A stretch of DNA of 64,000 nucleotides, taken from positions 130,433 through 194,432 of the forward strand of contig CAIZRG010000051.1 in NCBI GenBank assembly GCA_903935335.1. Direction: 5' to 3'. The DNA comes from Oligoflexia bacterium. Its GTDB lineage: Bacteria; Bdellovibrionota; UBA1018. The position numbers were made by a program, and so were the translations under genes. Below the pieces are notes generated by a model. It ran no database searches, was not told where the DNA came from, and saw only the letters and a list, made by a program, of their open reading frames with translations. Below are positions 36,094-46,554 of the stretch, one piece after another. Position 1 is the stretch's first letter, and every line of letters starts with the position of its first letter.

Positions 36094-36265
36094 TCGAAAA
36101 TTAAACCTCCGTAAACCAGAAGAGTTTGAAGGAAAAAATCTTCTACCTCTTATACTATACCATTTCTAACAGATGTTAAACCCCCCTCTACCCCCTCATT
36201 TTTCTGGTTTAAAATTAGAGATGCCATAGACGACACAGAGCAATCTGAGTAAAGTCAAAAGACTC

Positions 36266-36901
36266 ATGATGAAATCAATCTTAAACCCCACTTTCAATCT
36301 AGGATTTTTAGTTTTGAACCTCCTATTTTCTTTCGTAGCTGAGAAAAGTTGGCCTAAAACAACGCCTCAAACTAAAATTCAAGTCACTCTTCTTGGGCAA
36401 GGATGTATCCTTCAGGGACCTTTTAACGAAAATACTTTGCAAGCAGTTCATCTTGTAGGGCCAGCTCAAATTTATCCTAATCTGAGCTCACCTGATTCAC
36501 CCGAAGCGCTCGAACAAACTCGGAAGGCACTGACCCAAATCAAAACAATGAATTACCTTCCGTCTCTCTTAGATCGTTATAAAGAAAAACTGGCCAAAAG
36601 ATTAGAAGCACAAACTGATTTTTTAAACAATTTACAGGCAGCAAAAAAAAATCAGGACTATTCCTTTCTCTTAAAGACGGGAAAAACTTATTTCAAAGAT
36701 CAAGATCTCAAATCTTTTGAAGAATTCACTCAAAAATTACAAATCCCAGAAAAAAAACCAGGCCAAAATCGAGCCGTCATAGAACAAATTTTTGATTTTT
36801 TTAATCACTCTATTGAGCAAGACCCCGAGGAAGAATTCCACAGAGCTATCAAAAAACTCAAGATTGAGTACATCTGTTCATTTGAAGAAATAGAAGACTA
36901 A
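36266..36901 (+). CDS. hypothetical secreted protein
   Basis: 211 aa with N-terminal signal-like segment MMKSILNPTFNLGFLVLNLLFSFVA. Confidence 0.5.
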   Translation: MMKSILNPTFNLGFLVLNLLFSFVAEKSWPKTTPQTKIQVTLLGQGCILQGPFNENTLQAVHLVGPAQIYPNLSSPDSPEALEQTRKALTQIKTMNYLPSLLDRYKEKLAKRLEAQTDFLNNLQAAKKNQDYSFLLKTGKTYFKDQDLKSFEEFTQKLQIPEKKPGQNRAVIEQIFDFFNHSIEQDPEEEFHRAIKKLKIEYICSFEEIED

Positions 36902-36920
36902 AAAAAATGAGATTTGATAA

Positions 36921-37574
36921 TTAATCCTCTCGTTGCAGGCGAATATGGGTTGTAAAAAGCGTTGATTCAAAAGAGGGTGGCTTTGTATAAGGACCTTGAA
37001 GAATCACCTGCCCCCTAAAGGCTGGGGTCAAATCATACGAAAAATGATAATCAGAATCAAGTTCAGAGTTCCAAATCGTATCTAAGTTCCATTTTGCTGT
37101 GTCCCAACAAGACGGAGGATCTTCAACCCAAGAAAGAGCAGGCTTAGTTTCACTCATTTGCATTCGATGCATACCAGGACAACAGTAGGACACCTTGAAC
37201 TCCATCTTTACCGTACAAAGTGAATCCTTTATTTCAAAAAAACCTTCGTTTCCTGTAGTAATCTTCAATCGAACCTGAAACCCCTTGTCGATCAACCCAC
37301 CCAAAATACGCCTATAATCACTTCCATCTGCATTCTTCTGACGACTAGACACAAGGTGCGTTAACTTCCAATCTCCAATTAAATGGTTAGGTTGAAATTC
37401 CTGAGCAACTTGTGAAGCTGGACTTTGCTCCTGAGGAAAATCAGGAACACAGGCAGCTAGAGCTAAAATGAAACTAGAAATGACAGCAAAACCTTTCCAA
37501 AAAGGTTGTATATTTCCAAGATCTTTGATGAAATTCATACTGTGACCCCTATCAAGCTTATCTAGCAATGTCAT
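36921..37574 (-). CDS. hypothetical lipoprotein
   Basis: 217 aa with a TM/lipobox-like segment AVISSFILALAACVPDF. Confidence 0.5.
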   Translation of the reverse strand: MTLLDKLDRGHSMNFIKDLGNIQPFWKGFAVISSFILALAACVPDFPQEQSPASQVAQEFQPNHLIGDWKLTHLVSSRQKNADGSDYRRILGGLIDKGFQVRLKITTGNEGFFEIKDSLCTVKMEFKVSYCCPGMHRMQMSETKPALSWVEDPPSCWDTAKWNLDTIWNSELDSDYHFSYDLTPAFRGQVILQGPYTKPPSFESTLFTTHIRLQRED

Positions 37575-37710
37575 TTCGAAAAATAACAGTTTTACAAAGA
37601 TTGAAAAACAGGAGCATGAAGACTATAAATTCAAAAATTATTGAATTCCTATCCTGTCTCAAGGATAGGAATTCTACTGATGGGTTTTATATCCCAAGCG
37701 GAGAACACTT

Positions 37711-38379
37711 ATGTCGAAAATGAATTTTTTAATTCTAAAAATTTTTACACTCTTCACTTCAATCTCTGCTTTTGGAATGGAGGAGCTCAAACATGATCCA
37801 GATCCATGGAAACAATCGCATCAATTGCCAGAGGACATCTGTCCAATCACAAATGAATCCTCATGGGATGCAAAAGATTTCAAATTTGGACCCAGATTAC
37901 TTCAAGAGACTTGTGAAACAGCTCAATTAACAGACGCAATAAAAGATATTGAACTCAAATTAGAGACACCTCGTTCTAACACGACCACAATGCTAGAATC
38001 TTCAAGCACCTCACCCCCAGAAAAATTGCCATTAAGAAAGAGGAAGCCAAGAAAAAGTAAACCTCACCCCGAGCCTCCTCCTCCTCCTTTGAATGACTCC
38101 AAATTCAGAGAAAACCAAAAAGCTCTCAGAGCTTTGCAAACTCATCACGCCGATCAGCTCGCAATTAAGGACATTTTTATGAAAGAAAAAATGAAAGCTC
38201 TCCAAAACTTTCAAACCAACATGACAGACTTCTATCAACAATTTATAATTTCAGGTTTAAATTTATTAGATCCCTACGCTGAACAATTTTTTTTCATAAC
38301 TTATCAAGAATCTTTAAATAAACTCAAGGCTCAATGGAATGATCTTGATCTTCAACTCGCAGAGATCTTGGCTGAATAA
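37711..38379 (+). CDS. hypothetical secreted protein with a proline-rich basic segment
   Basis: 222 aa. Signal peptide, then KRKPRKSKPHPEPPPPPLNDS. Confidence 0.5.
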   Translation: MSKMNFLILKIFTLFTSISAFGMEELKHDPDPWKQSHQLPEDICPITNESSWDAKDFKFGPRLLQETCETAQLTDAIKDIELKLETPRSNTTTMLESSSTSPPEKLPLRKRKPRKSKPHPEPPPPPLNDSKFRENQKALRALQTHHADQLAIKDIFMKEKMKALQNFQTNMTDFYQQFIISGLNLLDPYAEQFFFITYQESLNKLKAQWNDLDLQLAEILAE

Positions 38380-38406
38380 AGACATTTTCTTGAGCACTAT
38401 AGAAGT

Positions 38407-41088
38407 CTAACCGACAACACTAGTCACTTGAAAGGGCTCAACGAGGTATTTACGACATACCTCTTGAATCGCTTTGGCTGTTACAGAATGAATTTTCTTT
38501 AAATGCTGATCCTCACTCAAATTCAGTAATCCATAAAGTTTTTCCATTCCAAAGTGAGCCGCTAAAGCTGAATCGCTTTGAAGATCCATCGCTCGTCTTC
38601 CAAGAAAAAACTCTTTTGTTCGCTTCATTTCTTGTTGAGTAGGACCTCGTTCAGCCAGTTTTTCAAGAATCTGCCGAATGCCTTGAATCGCTTCCTCCTT
38701 CTTTTGGGGAGCACAAGCTATGTATGTCCCAACATAGCCTTGTTCTATTCCTTCAAAGTTCAAAGGGGACACGGAGTAAGCAAGGCTTCTCTTTTCACGA
38801 AGCTCAATAAAAAGACGACCACTTTGTCCACCCAAGAGAGTTTGAAGAAGTCGTATTGCATACCGATCTTCTGCATTATTTCGAGTCCCTAATCCCCCAA
38901 CAAGAATATGAAACTGTTCTCGGCCTAAGGAACGCTCAACCCAACGAGGAGCCCTAAGTGGAGATTCATGACTTAAAGAAAATGACAAGTCTTCAGGCAA
39001 CCCCTTGGGTAATTTCTGCATCTGAGCGTCTAAAGCAATAAGCCATGAATCTAAGGCTGACCTTTTGATCGCACCACTCACTGAAACTACCATTTTTTCA
39101 GGCCTCACCCACTTCTGATGGAAAGCCCTTAATTTTTGCTGCCTAATCTTCTGTAAACCATCTAAGGAACCCTGCATCATCTTTCCATAGGGATGCTTTT
39201 CAAACAAAGTCTCCAAAAATAATTTTGAACAAAGCTTTGAAGAATGATCCTCAACAGATCGAATTGCCTCTTCAGCAATCCGCCTCGCATGATTGACTTC
39301 TTCTTCTGGAAAAAGAGGATCAATCCAAATTTCAGTAAATAACTCTGAAAGAGCACTCCAGTCTCGAGCTAAGCCTGTCATTTGAAGACCTACACTGTTT
39401 TTCCCAGCAAATCCCTCAACACCAGCCGCCTTGCCTTCAATGATTTTTGAAATCAGCTGAGAATTTTTCCCCGAGGTTCCCTTGCTCCATGTTAAACCCA
39501 TCATATAGCTCGATCCCCAATCTTTTTGAGATAAGTCTACAGGCTGGGCTAGTTCTAATCGAACTCCTCCTAAAACTGATGCGTGCACACTGAAAACATG
39601 GGAAAGAGGTCTTGGATAAAAGCAGACTCGGACTCCAGAAGGAAGAGTCTCATTTTCAATCCCTCGCTGAGCTAGTTTTGACTTGGAACTCATAAAAACT
39701 TTTTTTGCAGTAGAAATTTCTAATGATTCTTCAGATCCTAAAATTTTTAATGAAAGCTCTTGTAATTTTTCAAGTTCAAAAGATTGAGCCTCTTGATTAG
39801 CCTCCTTAGGAAGCATCAACACACCACTCATCCGTCGGTCTGTAAAATATTTCTGAGCGACTTCTTTGATTTTTTCCAAATCAACAGCCCTCAATTCTTC
39901 AAGATAACGTTGATCAAAACCAAGATCCCCCATAACAAATCTTAAAAACCCAAGTCGTCCAGCAACACCGTCTGCCGTTTGACTTGCATACAGCCGCTCG
40001 CTTTCGGCACTCACTAAAACTCGAGCTAATTCTTCTTGCGTAGGTCCTTCCTTTGCTATGTTTTTAAGGGCTCTGAGTAACTCTTCAATCGAAGGCAGCA
40101 CCTTTTCTAAAGAGTCAATCTCAGCTTGAAAATAAACCATCCCTGGATCTTTTGGAACATAAAGCCCCCCTGAGACATCAGTAACCAAGGAGGTTTGATA
40201 GAAAAGCCGTTGATTCAACCGAGAAAGATCTCCCACCCCTAGAACACTTACAAGAAGATCGAGCGCCGCAAGATCTTCATGCTCTAGCTCTGGAACTCGG
40301 AAAGAGATACTCACAGTCGCCGTTTTCACATCAAAAGGCTTCACTTTCCACTGAGACTTCTCGCAAAAGCTCTCTTCATATATTCTTTTAAGAAAATGTT
40401 TTTTTCTTTTTAAAATATTTCTAGAACCAAAATGTTTTTCCAAAATCTTTAAAATAGATTTCTTTCTGAATCCATCTCTGTCAACCAACGGCCCCACAAC
40501 AATAAGCCCCATATTTTCAGAAACATATTGCCGTTTATAAAATCTCTCTAGCTGTGTAGTATTTGCTGCCTCAACAGTCCTAGCAAAACCAATAACTGGT
40601 CGGCCATAGGGGTGCTTGGAAAAGGTGGTTGAAAAAAGCGTTTGAAATAACTGCCGACCTGGAGAATCTTCATTTTTACGAATCTCTTCAAGGATGACTT
40701 CTCGCTCTTTTTCAAAATCTTTCTTTAAAAATTTTTGAGGCTTAGCCATTCCACCAAACTGATTTAAAACCTTTTCCCAATGTTGAGCAGCACAAGTCAC
40801 ATGATAAACAGTCTGATCAAAAGACGTATAAGCATTGATATCTCCACCAAACGACTCAATCAACCGAGCCGTTTGACCTGTAGAAGCTCTCCCAGTTTCC
40901 TTAGCCAATGAATCCTTAAAAAGCATGTGCTCTAAAAAATGGGCAAACCCCCATTCAGATTTTCCTTCATCTGCACTTCCTGTCTTAACCCACCAATAGG
41001 TCGCTGCAACTTCGCCATCATAGTGCTGGAGAATAACTGGAATTCCATTAGACAGTAAAAATTCTTCAGGCTTAACTCTATTTTGCAT
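38407..41088 (-). CDS. M16-family (pitrilysin/insulinase-like) zinc peptidase, fused double unit
   Basis: 893 aa. N-terminal inverted zinc motif HFLEHMLF (HxxEH). Length corresponds to two tandem M16 active/inactive domain pairs. Confidence 0.85.
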   Translation of the reverse strand: MQNRVKPEEFLLSNGIPVILQHYDGEVAATYWWVKTGSADEGKSEWGFAHFLEHMLFKDSLAKETGRASTGQTARLIESFGGDINAYTSFDQTVYHVTCAAQHWEKVLNQFGGMAKPQKFLKKDFEKEREVILEEIRKNEDSPGRQLFQTLFSTTFSKHPYGRPVIGFARTVEAANTTQLERFYKRQYVSENMGLIVVGPLVDRDGFRKKSILKILEKHFGSRNILKRKKHFLKRIYEESFCEKSQWKVKPFDVKTATVSISFRVPELEHEDLAALDLLVSVLGVGDLSRLNQRLFYQTSLVTDVSGGLYVPKDPGMVYFQAEIDSLEKVLPSIEELLRALKNIAKEGPTQEELARVLVSAESERLYASQTADGVAGRLGFLRFVMGDLGFDQRYLEELRAVDLEKIKEVAQKYFTDRRMSGVLMLPKEANQEAQSFELEKLQELSLKILGSEESLEISTAKKVFMSSKSKLAQRGIENETLPSGVRVCFYPRPLSHVFSVHASVLGGVRLELAQPVDLSQKDWGSSYMMGLTWSKGTSGKNSQLISKIIEGKAAGVEGFAGKNSVGLQMTGLARDWSALSELFTEIWIDPLFPEEEVNHARRIAEEAIRSVEDHSSKLCSKLFLETLFEKHPYGKMMQGSLDGLQKIRQQKLRAFHQKWVRPEKMVVSVSGAIKRSALDSWLIALDAQMQKLPKGLPEDLSFSLSHESPLRAPRWVERSLGREQFHILVGGLGTRNNAEDRYAIRLLQTLLGGQSGRLFIELREKRSLAYSVSPLNFEGIEQGYVGTYIACAPQKKEEAIQGIRQILEKLAERGPTQQEMKRTKEFFLGRRAMDLQSDSALAAHFGMEKLYGLLNLSEDQHLKKIHSVTAKAIQEVCRKYLVEPFQVTSVVG

Positions 41089-41254
41089 AATTTATTCCGA
41101 ATATTATATATTTGAACTTCGCAGCGACTCTTAAATAAATACTTGATCTAAAAACTTATTTATCTTTTTTCTTCCAAGTCATAGACAAAAAAGCCTTCTC
41201 AAAGTACCATATGGTTTCTTATTTACAACTTGATTGAAAGGAGTCTTTTTCCTG

Positions 41255-41536
41255 ATGAACAAAAAGCTTTATGTAGGAAATCTTTCTTTTGCTGCAGAAG
41301 AAAGCCAACTGCATGCCCTCTTTGGAGCAGAAGGTAGGCAAGTCTCTTCAGTTCGCATTTTAATGGACCGACTCACAGGCCGATCTCGTGGTTTCGCTTT
41401 TATCGAGATGGCCACCCCCGATGATGCAGCCAAAGCAATTCAGGCTTTACAGGGCCATGACTTCCTCGGGCGCCCTCTTACAGTGAATGAAGCCCGTGAA
41501 CAAACTCATCATAATAAGAGAGACGATAGACGTTAA
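41255..41536 (+). CDS. RRM-type RNA-binding protein
   Basis: RNP-2 motif LYVGNL and RNP-1 motif RGFAFIEM, with a C-terminal R/D tail. The start is placed at the ATG at 41255 after an AAGGAG RBS; the track start is 41234. Confidence 0.8.
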   Translation: MNKKLYVGNLSFAAEESQLHALFGAEGRQVSSVRILMDRLTGRSRGFAFIEMATPDDAAKAIQALQGHDFLGRPLTVNEAREQTHHNKRDDRR

Positions 41537-41554
41537 TATCAAAACCACAACCTC

Positions 41555-42661
41555 ATGAGATCTTTATATATCCATTTTCCATTCTGTGAAGCCAAATGCC
41601 ATTACTGTGATTTTTACTCAATCGGACGTGATCGGACCCAGAATACAGATCCAGAAAAGTTTGAAAAAGCCTTAATTCAAGAAATTCATCAAATAGGGCG
41701 GCATCTGGCCCCTCAATTGGACACCCTCTTCTTTGGTGGAGGGACACCGAGTATGACGTCTTATTCCTCTATTTGCAGAGCTTTAGAGCCTCTCTGGCAA
41801 TTCACATCTCTTTCGGAAAATGTGGAATGGACCATTGAAGCAAACCCCTCTTCGATCACTCAAGATAGTTTTAAGTGTTTTCGCTCTTACGGAGTAAACC
41901 GTGTAAGTATGGGGGTACAAGCTCTTAAATCCGAATTTTTAAAAATTCTCGGCAGAGTTCATTCTCCTACAGACGCTTTAATAGCACTCGATACTGTTTT
42001 TCAAGTTGGATTTGATAATGTTTCTGTTGATCTTCTTTGCGGTATTCCTGGACAATCTAAGGAAGATCTAGATGAAGCACTTACACTTTTGACTCGCTTC
42101 CCCATTTCTCATCTCAGCTGCTACCTTTTAACACTTCCACCTCACCACCGAATGTTTCATCTTCTCCCGAATGAGGAAACTCAGTTAGAACATCTGCTTT
42201 TTGTGCATCATTGGCTGATTGAAAAAGGATTTGAGCACTATGAAATTTCAAACTTTGCTCAGCCTGAAAAACAAGCCAAACACAACCTAGGCTACTGGAA
42301 AGGGAAATCTTACTTAGGCTTGGGCCCCTCCGCACATTCATTTGATGCCAAAACTATGCGACGCTGGAAGAATGTTTCATCCCTTCATCGCTATGCAAAG
42401 CTCTTAGATCAAGGCCAATCGAGCATTGAGTGGACAGAAGATTTAAAAACTGAGCAAATTGAGCTAGAACGCTGGATGCTCAGCCTCAGACTGCATGAAG
42501 GCTTTCCTATTTCTTGGCTCACTACCCCCCTCAAAAAAAGCAGGGCTCAAGCATTTAAAAATCAAGGACTTTTAGAAATTCACCCTTCTGATACCCAAAA
42601 ATGGCGTTTGACCCCACAAGGGTTTGCTCTTTCCGATCAGGTTATTCAAGGACTTGCCTAA
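41555..42661 (+). CDS. hemW: radical-SAM heme chaperone HemW (HemN-like)
   Basis: Motif CEAKCHYCDF (CxxxCxxC) within N-terminus LYIHFPFC. The ~368-aa size matches HemW rather than HemN. Confidence 0.8.
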   Translation: MRSLYIHFPFCEAKCHYCDFYSIGRDRTQNTDPEKFEKALIQEIHQIGRHLAPQLDTLFFGGGTPSMTSYSSICRALEPLWQFTSLSENVEWTIEANPSSITQDSFKCFRSYGVNRVSMGVQALKSEFLKILGRVHSPTDALIALDTVFQVGFDNVSVDLLCGIPGQSKEDLDEALTLLTRFPISHLSCYLLTLPPHHRMFHLLPNEETQLEHLLFVHHWLIEKGFEHYEISNFAQPEKQAKHNLGYWKGKSYLGLGPSAHSFDAKTMRRWKNVSSLHRYAKLLDQGQSSIEWTEDLKTEQIELERWMLSLRLHEGFPISWLTTPLKKSRAQAFKNQGLLEIHPSDTQKWRLTPQGFALSDQVIQGLA

Positions 42662-42717
42662 TTTGACTTCATTCATTTCATACTCATATTGAACAGTAAA
42701 ACTTGGAGGATTGTTAA

Positions 42718-43308
42718 GTGATTGAGTCCAATAGAACAAAAACAAATCATTTTCCAGTCGGTGAACACGACAAAGGACCTAGCCAAGAGCCTGCTGAGAA
42801 AGGATCGATGAGTCCTGCTGGAAATTCAACTGAAGTAGACGAGCTGAATAAACGAATTGAAGAACTTCAAAGTCAACTCAAAGAAAAGGAAGATAAATAC
42901 CTTTATTTGTACGCAGATTTTGATAATTTCAAAAAGCGCTCGATCAAAGAGAGATCCGATCTGATTAAATTTTCTTGGGAACCGCTCGCTCGAGAACTCC
43001 TGCAAACAGTTGACAATATTGAAAGAGCTCTCACTCATGTTCCTCCAGAAACAGATCAGACGCTCATCGAAGGACTACAGATGGTACTCCATCAATTTAA
43101 AGCGTCTCTTCAAAAACAAGGTGTACAACCTATCGAGAGTTTAAAAAAAGAATTTGACCCAAATCTCCACGAAGCTGTTGGACAAGAGCCTTCAAATAGC
43201 CCTTCTGGAACAATCACTCAGGAGCATTTACGAGGGTATACTCTCCATGGACGACTCCTGCGAGCAGCTAAGGTCAGCGTGAGCAGTGGACCGACAAAAA
43301 CAGAATAA
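42718..43308 (+). CDS. grpE: nucleotide exchange factor GrpE
   Basis: 196 aa. Coiled-coil N-terminus, YLYLYADFDNFKKR motif, and a C-terminal beta domain. Confidence 0.9.
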   Translation: MIESNRTKTNHFPVGEHDKGPSQEPAEKGSMSPAGNSTEVDELNKRIEELQSQLKEKEDKYLYLYADFDNFKKRSIKERSDLIKFSWEPLARELLQTVDNIERALTHVPPETDQTLIEGLQMVLHQFKASLQKQGVQPIESLKKEFDPNLHEAVGQEPSNSPSGTITQEHLRGYTLHGRLLRAAKVSVSSGPTKTE

Positions 43309-43409
43309 TCGTTGGTTGAAGAATTTGAATTGACGGATTGAAGTTTGAAACCAACTTATGAAAGTAAGCATTCATTTGAAATTTTGGAAAAAAGAAAGAC
43401 GAGGCAGTT

Positions 43410-45350
43410 ATGGGTAAAATTATTGGGATTGATTTGGGAACAACAAACTCCTGTGTTTCCGTGTTGGAAGGTGGAGAACCAAAAGTAATGACTAATGCTG
43501 AAGGAGCCAACACCACTCCTTCTATTGTTGCCTTTACTCAATCAGGAGACAAACTTGTAGGACAGCCTGCAAAGCGTCAAGCGGTCACAAATCCAGAACA
43601 AACGATCCATGAAGCAAAACGACTCATGGGCCGAAAATTCAACTCAAAAGAAGTTCAAGAATTCCTCAAAGTAACTCCCTTTAAGGTGATTGAGTCAAAA
43701 AATGGGGATGCATGGATTAAAATTGGAGATCGAGAGTATTCTCCTCAAGAGATTTCAGCCCTTGTTCTTCAGAAGATGAAGCAAACTGCAGAAGATTACT
43801 TAGGAGAGCCTGTCACAGAAGCAGTCGTCACAGTCCCTGCGTATTTTAATGATGCTCAGAGACAAGCCACTAAAGATGCAGGTCGAATCGCAGGCTTAGA
43901 AGTTAAAAGAATTATTAATGAACCCACATCAGCTGCTCTTGCCTATGGTTTAGACAAAAAGGGAAAAGATCATACTGTTGCTGTGTTCGATCTAGGAGGA
44001 GGAACATTTGATATTTCCATTCTAGAGCTCGGAGACGGTGTTTTTGAAGTAAAAGCAACAAATGGAGATACATTTCTTGGGGGTGGAAACTTCGACCAGC
44101 GCATTATTAATTGGCTAGCTGATGAATTTAAAAAAGAACATGGAATTGACTTACGTAAAGACAAGATGGCTCTTCAGCGCTTAAAAGAAGCTGCTGAAAA
44201 GGCTAAGCACGAACTATCTAGCACAAATGAAACTGACATTAATCTGCCTTTTGTAACAGCAGATGCATCCGGTCCAAAACACCTCAATATGAAGCTTTCA
44301 AGAGCTAAGTTTGAGGCGCAAGTTGCTGACCTGATTGAAAAGCTAGTCCCACCCTGCGAAACCTGCATTAAAGATGCAGGCCTCCCAAAAAGCAAAATTG
44401 ATGAAGTCATTTTAGTCGGTGGAATGACGCGAATGCCTCGTGTTCAACAAAAAGTGAAAGAAATCTTTGGCAAAGAGCCTCACCGTGGAGTTAATCCAGA
44501 CGAAGTTGTTGCGGTGGGAGCAGCGATTCAAGGAGGTGTTTTAAAGGGAGACGTCAAAGATGTTTTATTACTCGATGTCACACCACTGTCCCTAGGCATT
44601 GAAACTCTTGGAGGTGTTTTTACGAAGTTAATTGAAAAAAACACAACCATTCCTAGCAAAAAATCTCAAGTCTTCTCCACTGCTGCAGATCAGCAATCTG
44701 CAGTGACCATTCATGTTTTACAAGGAGAACGTGAGTTCGCAGAACATAATAAGTCCTTAGGAAGATTTGACTTAGTGGGAATTCCACCGGCTCCCCGAGG
44801 CATTCCTCAGATCGAAGTTACCTTTGATATTGATGCAAATGGAATTGTTCACGTAGGAGCAAAAGATTTAGGCACCGGAAAAGAGCAATCCATTAAAATC
44901 ACGGCTTCTAGTGGTCTTTCTGAAGAAGAAATTAAGAAAATGCAGAGAGAAGCAGAAACGCATAAAGCTGAAGATGAGAAAAGAAAAGACCTCGTCAACT
45001 CTAGAAATACTTTAGATGGACTCATTTACTCAATTGAAAAAACCTGCAAAGAAAATAACGACAAGATTTCAGCTGAAATTAAGAAACAAGTAGAAGAAGC
45101 ATTGACAGAAGCTAGAAAGCATCTTGAAAGTAAAGAAATTCATGAGCTTCAAAAAGCAACTGAAGCTCTGACTACTGTTTCAAATAAGATGGCTGAACAA
45201 ATGTACAAATCCACAGGAGCTCAACCAGGAGCTTCTGCTTCTCACGCGGGAGAAAGTAGTTCATCTGAAGGAGATAGAACCTCTCATTCAGCTAAAAAAG
45301 ATGGAAAACCCAATGATGATGTGATTGATGCAGACTATAAAGAAGTCTGA
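43410..45350 (+). CDS. dnaK: chaperone DnaK (Hsp70)
   Basis: N-terminus [19 protein letters not shown] motif, and an acidic C-terminal tail; 646 aa. Confidence 0.97.
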   Translation: MGKIIGIDLGTTNSCVSVLEGGEPKVMTNAEGANTTPSIVAFTQSGDKLVGQPAKRQAVTNPEQTIHEAKRLMGRKFNSKEVQEFLKVTPFKVIESKNGDAWIKIGDREYSPQEISALVLQKMKQTAEDYLGEPVTEAVVTVPAYFNDAQRQATKDAGRIAGLEVKRIINEPTSAALAYGLDKKGKDHTVAVFDLGGGTFDISILELGDGVFEVKATNGDTFLGGGNFDQRIINWLADEFKKEHGIDLRKDKMALQRLKEAAEKAKHELSSTNETDINLPFVTADASGPKHLNMKLSRAKFEAQVADLIEKLVPPCETCIKDAGLPKSKIDEVILVGGMTRMPRVQQKVKEIFGKEPHRGVNPDEVVAVGAAIQGGVLKGDVKDVLLLDVTPLSLGIETLGGVFTKLIEKNTTIPSKKSQVFSTAADQQSAVTIHVLQGEREFAEHNKSLGRFDLVGIPPAPRGIPQIEVTFDIDANGIVHVGAKDLGTGKEQSIKITASSGLSEEEIKKMQREAETHKAEDEKRKDLVNSRNTLDGLIYSIEKTCKENNDKISAEIKKQVEEALTEARKHLESKEIHELQKATEALTTVSNKMAEQMYKSTGAQPGASASHAGESSSSEGDRTSHSAKKDGKPNDDVIDADYKEV

Positions 45351-45411
45351 TTCATCCGAGTTCTCTTCACCGAGACATTCAGAAAGATACACACCACCTG
45401 AGTTTTAAATT

Positions 45412-46554
45412 ATGGCAACAAAACGTGATTATTATGAGGTCTTAGGGTTAGCTCGAGGTGCCTCTGCTGAAGAAGTTAAGAAAGCTTACCGTAAACTCGC
45501 CATTCAGTATCACCCAGACAAAAACCCTGGAGATAAAAAGGCGGAGGAGCGATTCAAAGAACTCTCTGAAGCCTACGAGGTACTTTCTGATACACAAAAA
45601 AGACAAATGTATGATCAATTTGGGCATGCAGCTGCAGGTGGCCCAGGTGGATTTGACTTCCAAGGGTTTGGAGGTGGAAGCGCCTCGATCAATGATATTT
45701 TCGGAGATATTTTTGGAGACCTCTTTGGTGCACAAGCGAGTGGACGAACACGAACTGGAAAACGCCGCTCAGGAGGCAAGCCTGGGGATGACCTAAGAAC
45801 TTCTGTTGACATTACTTTTGAGGAAGCGGCATTTGGTTGTGAGAAGGTAATGGCAATACCTAAGTCAGTTCAATGTGATACATGCACAGGAACAGGAGCA
45901 AAAGCAGGAACTCAACCAGAAACCTGCTCTCAATGCGGTGGTCATGGAGAGGTGAGCTTTCAGCAAGGCTTCTTTGCAATTACACGTCCCTGTTCTCGGT
46001 GTAGCGGTTCTGGTCAAACGATTGCACATCCTTGTCTGACTTGTAGTGGAACTGGACAAATTAAAAAAAGATCTCAAATTGCAGTTAAAATTCCAGCTGG
46101 AGTTGATACTGGCCAACGCCTTAAACTCACCTCTGAAGGAGAGGCAGGGGAAAGAGGGGGCCCTCCAGGCGATTTATATGTTTCTATCCATATTTTACCT
46201 CATGATTTCTTCACTCGAGATGAATTTGATGTGATTTGTGAAGTTCCTGTTACCTTTACCCACGCAGCACTGGGTGCAGAAATTGAAGTCCCGACTTTAG
46301 AAGGAAAAGTAAAATTAAAAATCCCGCCGGGCACTCAATCACACAAGATTTTAAGACTGAAAAATAAAGGCCTTGCTCGACTTGGATCTTACGGCAGAGG
46401 AGATCAACTCGTGAAGATCATTGTAGAAGTTCCATCCAAGCTGACAACTGAACAAAGAGAATTACTCAAGCGTTTTGAAGAAACATCAGGTGGAGAAATC
46501 ACACATCCTATGCACCAGAATTTTTTTGAAAAAGTAAAGAATCTATTTGGCTAG
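45412..46554 (+). CDS. dnaJ: co-chaperone DnaJ
   Basis: J-domain with HPD (YHPDKN), G/F-rich linker, and four CxxCxG zinc motifs. Confidence 0.95.
   Translation: MATKRDYYEVLGLARGASAEEVKKAYRKLAIQYHPDKNPGDKKAEERFKELSEAYEVLSDTQKRQMYDQFGHAAAGGPGGFDFQGFGGGSASINDIFGDIFGDLFGAQASGRTRTGKRRSGGKPGDDLRTSVDITFEEAAFGCEKVMAIPKSVQCDTCTGTGAKAGTQPETCSQCGGHGEVSFQQGFFAITRPCSRCSGSGQTIAHPCLTCSGTGQIKKRSQIAVKIPAGVDTGQRLKLTSEGEAGERGGPPGDLYVSIHILPHDFFTRDEFDVICEVPVTFTHAALGAEIEVPTLEGKVKLKIPPGTQSHKILRLKNKGLARLGSYGRGDQLVKIIVEVPSKLTTEQRELLKRFEETSGGEITHPMHQNFFEKVKNLFG

Noticed and set aside
38032-38892. Track ORFs 38032..38241(-) and 38578..38892(+)
   Set aside because: They are antisense to the 37711..38379 and M16 peptidase genes respectively, with no independent support.
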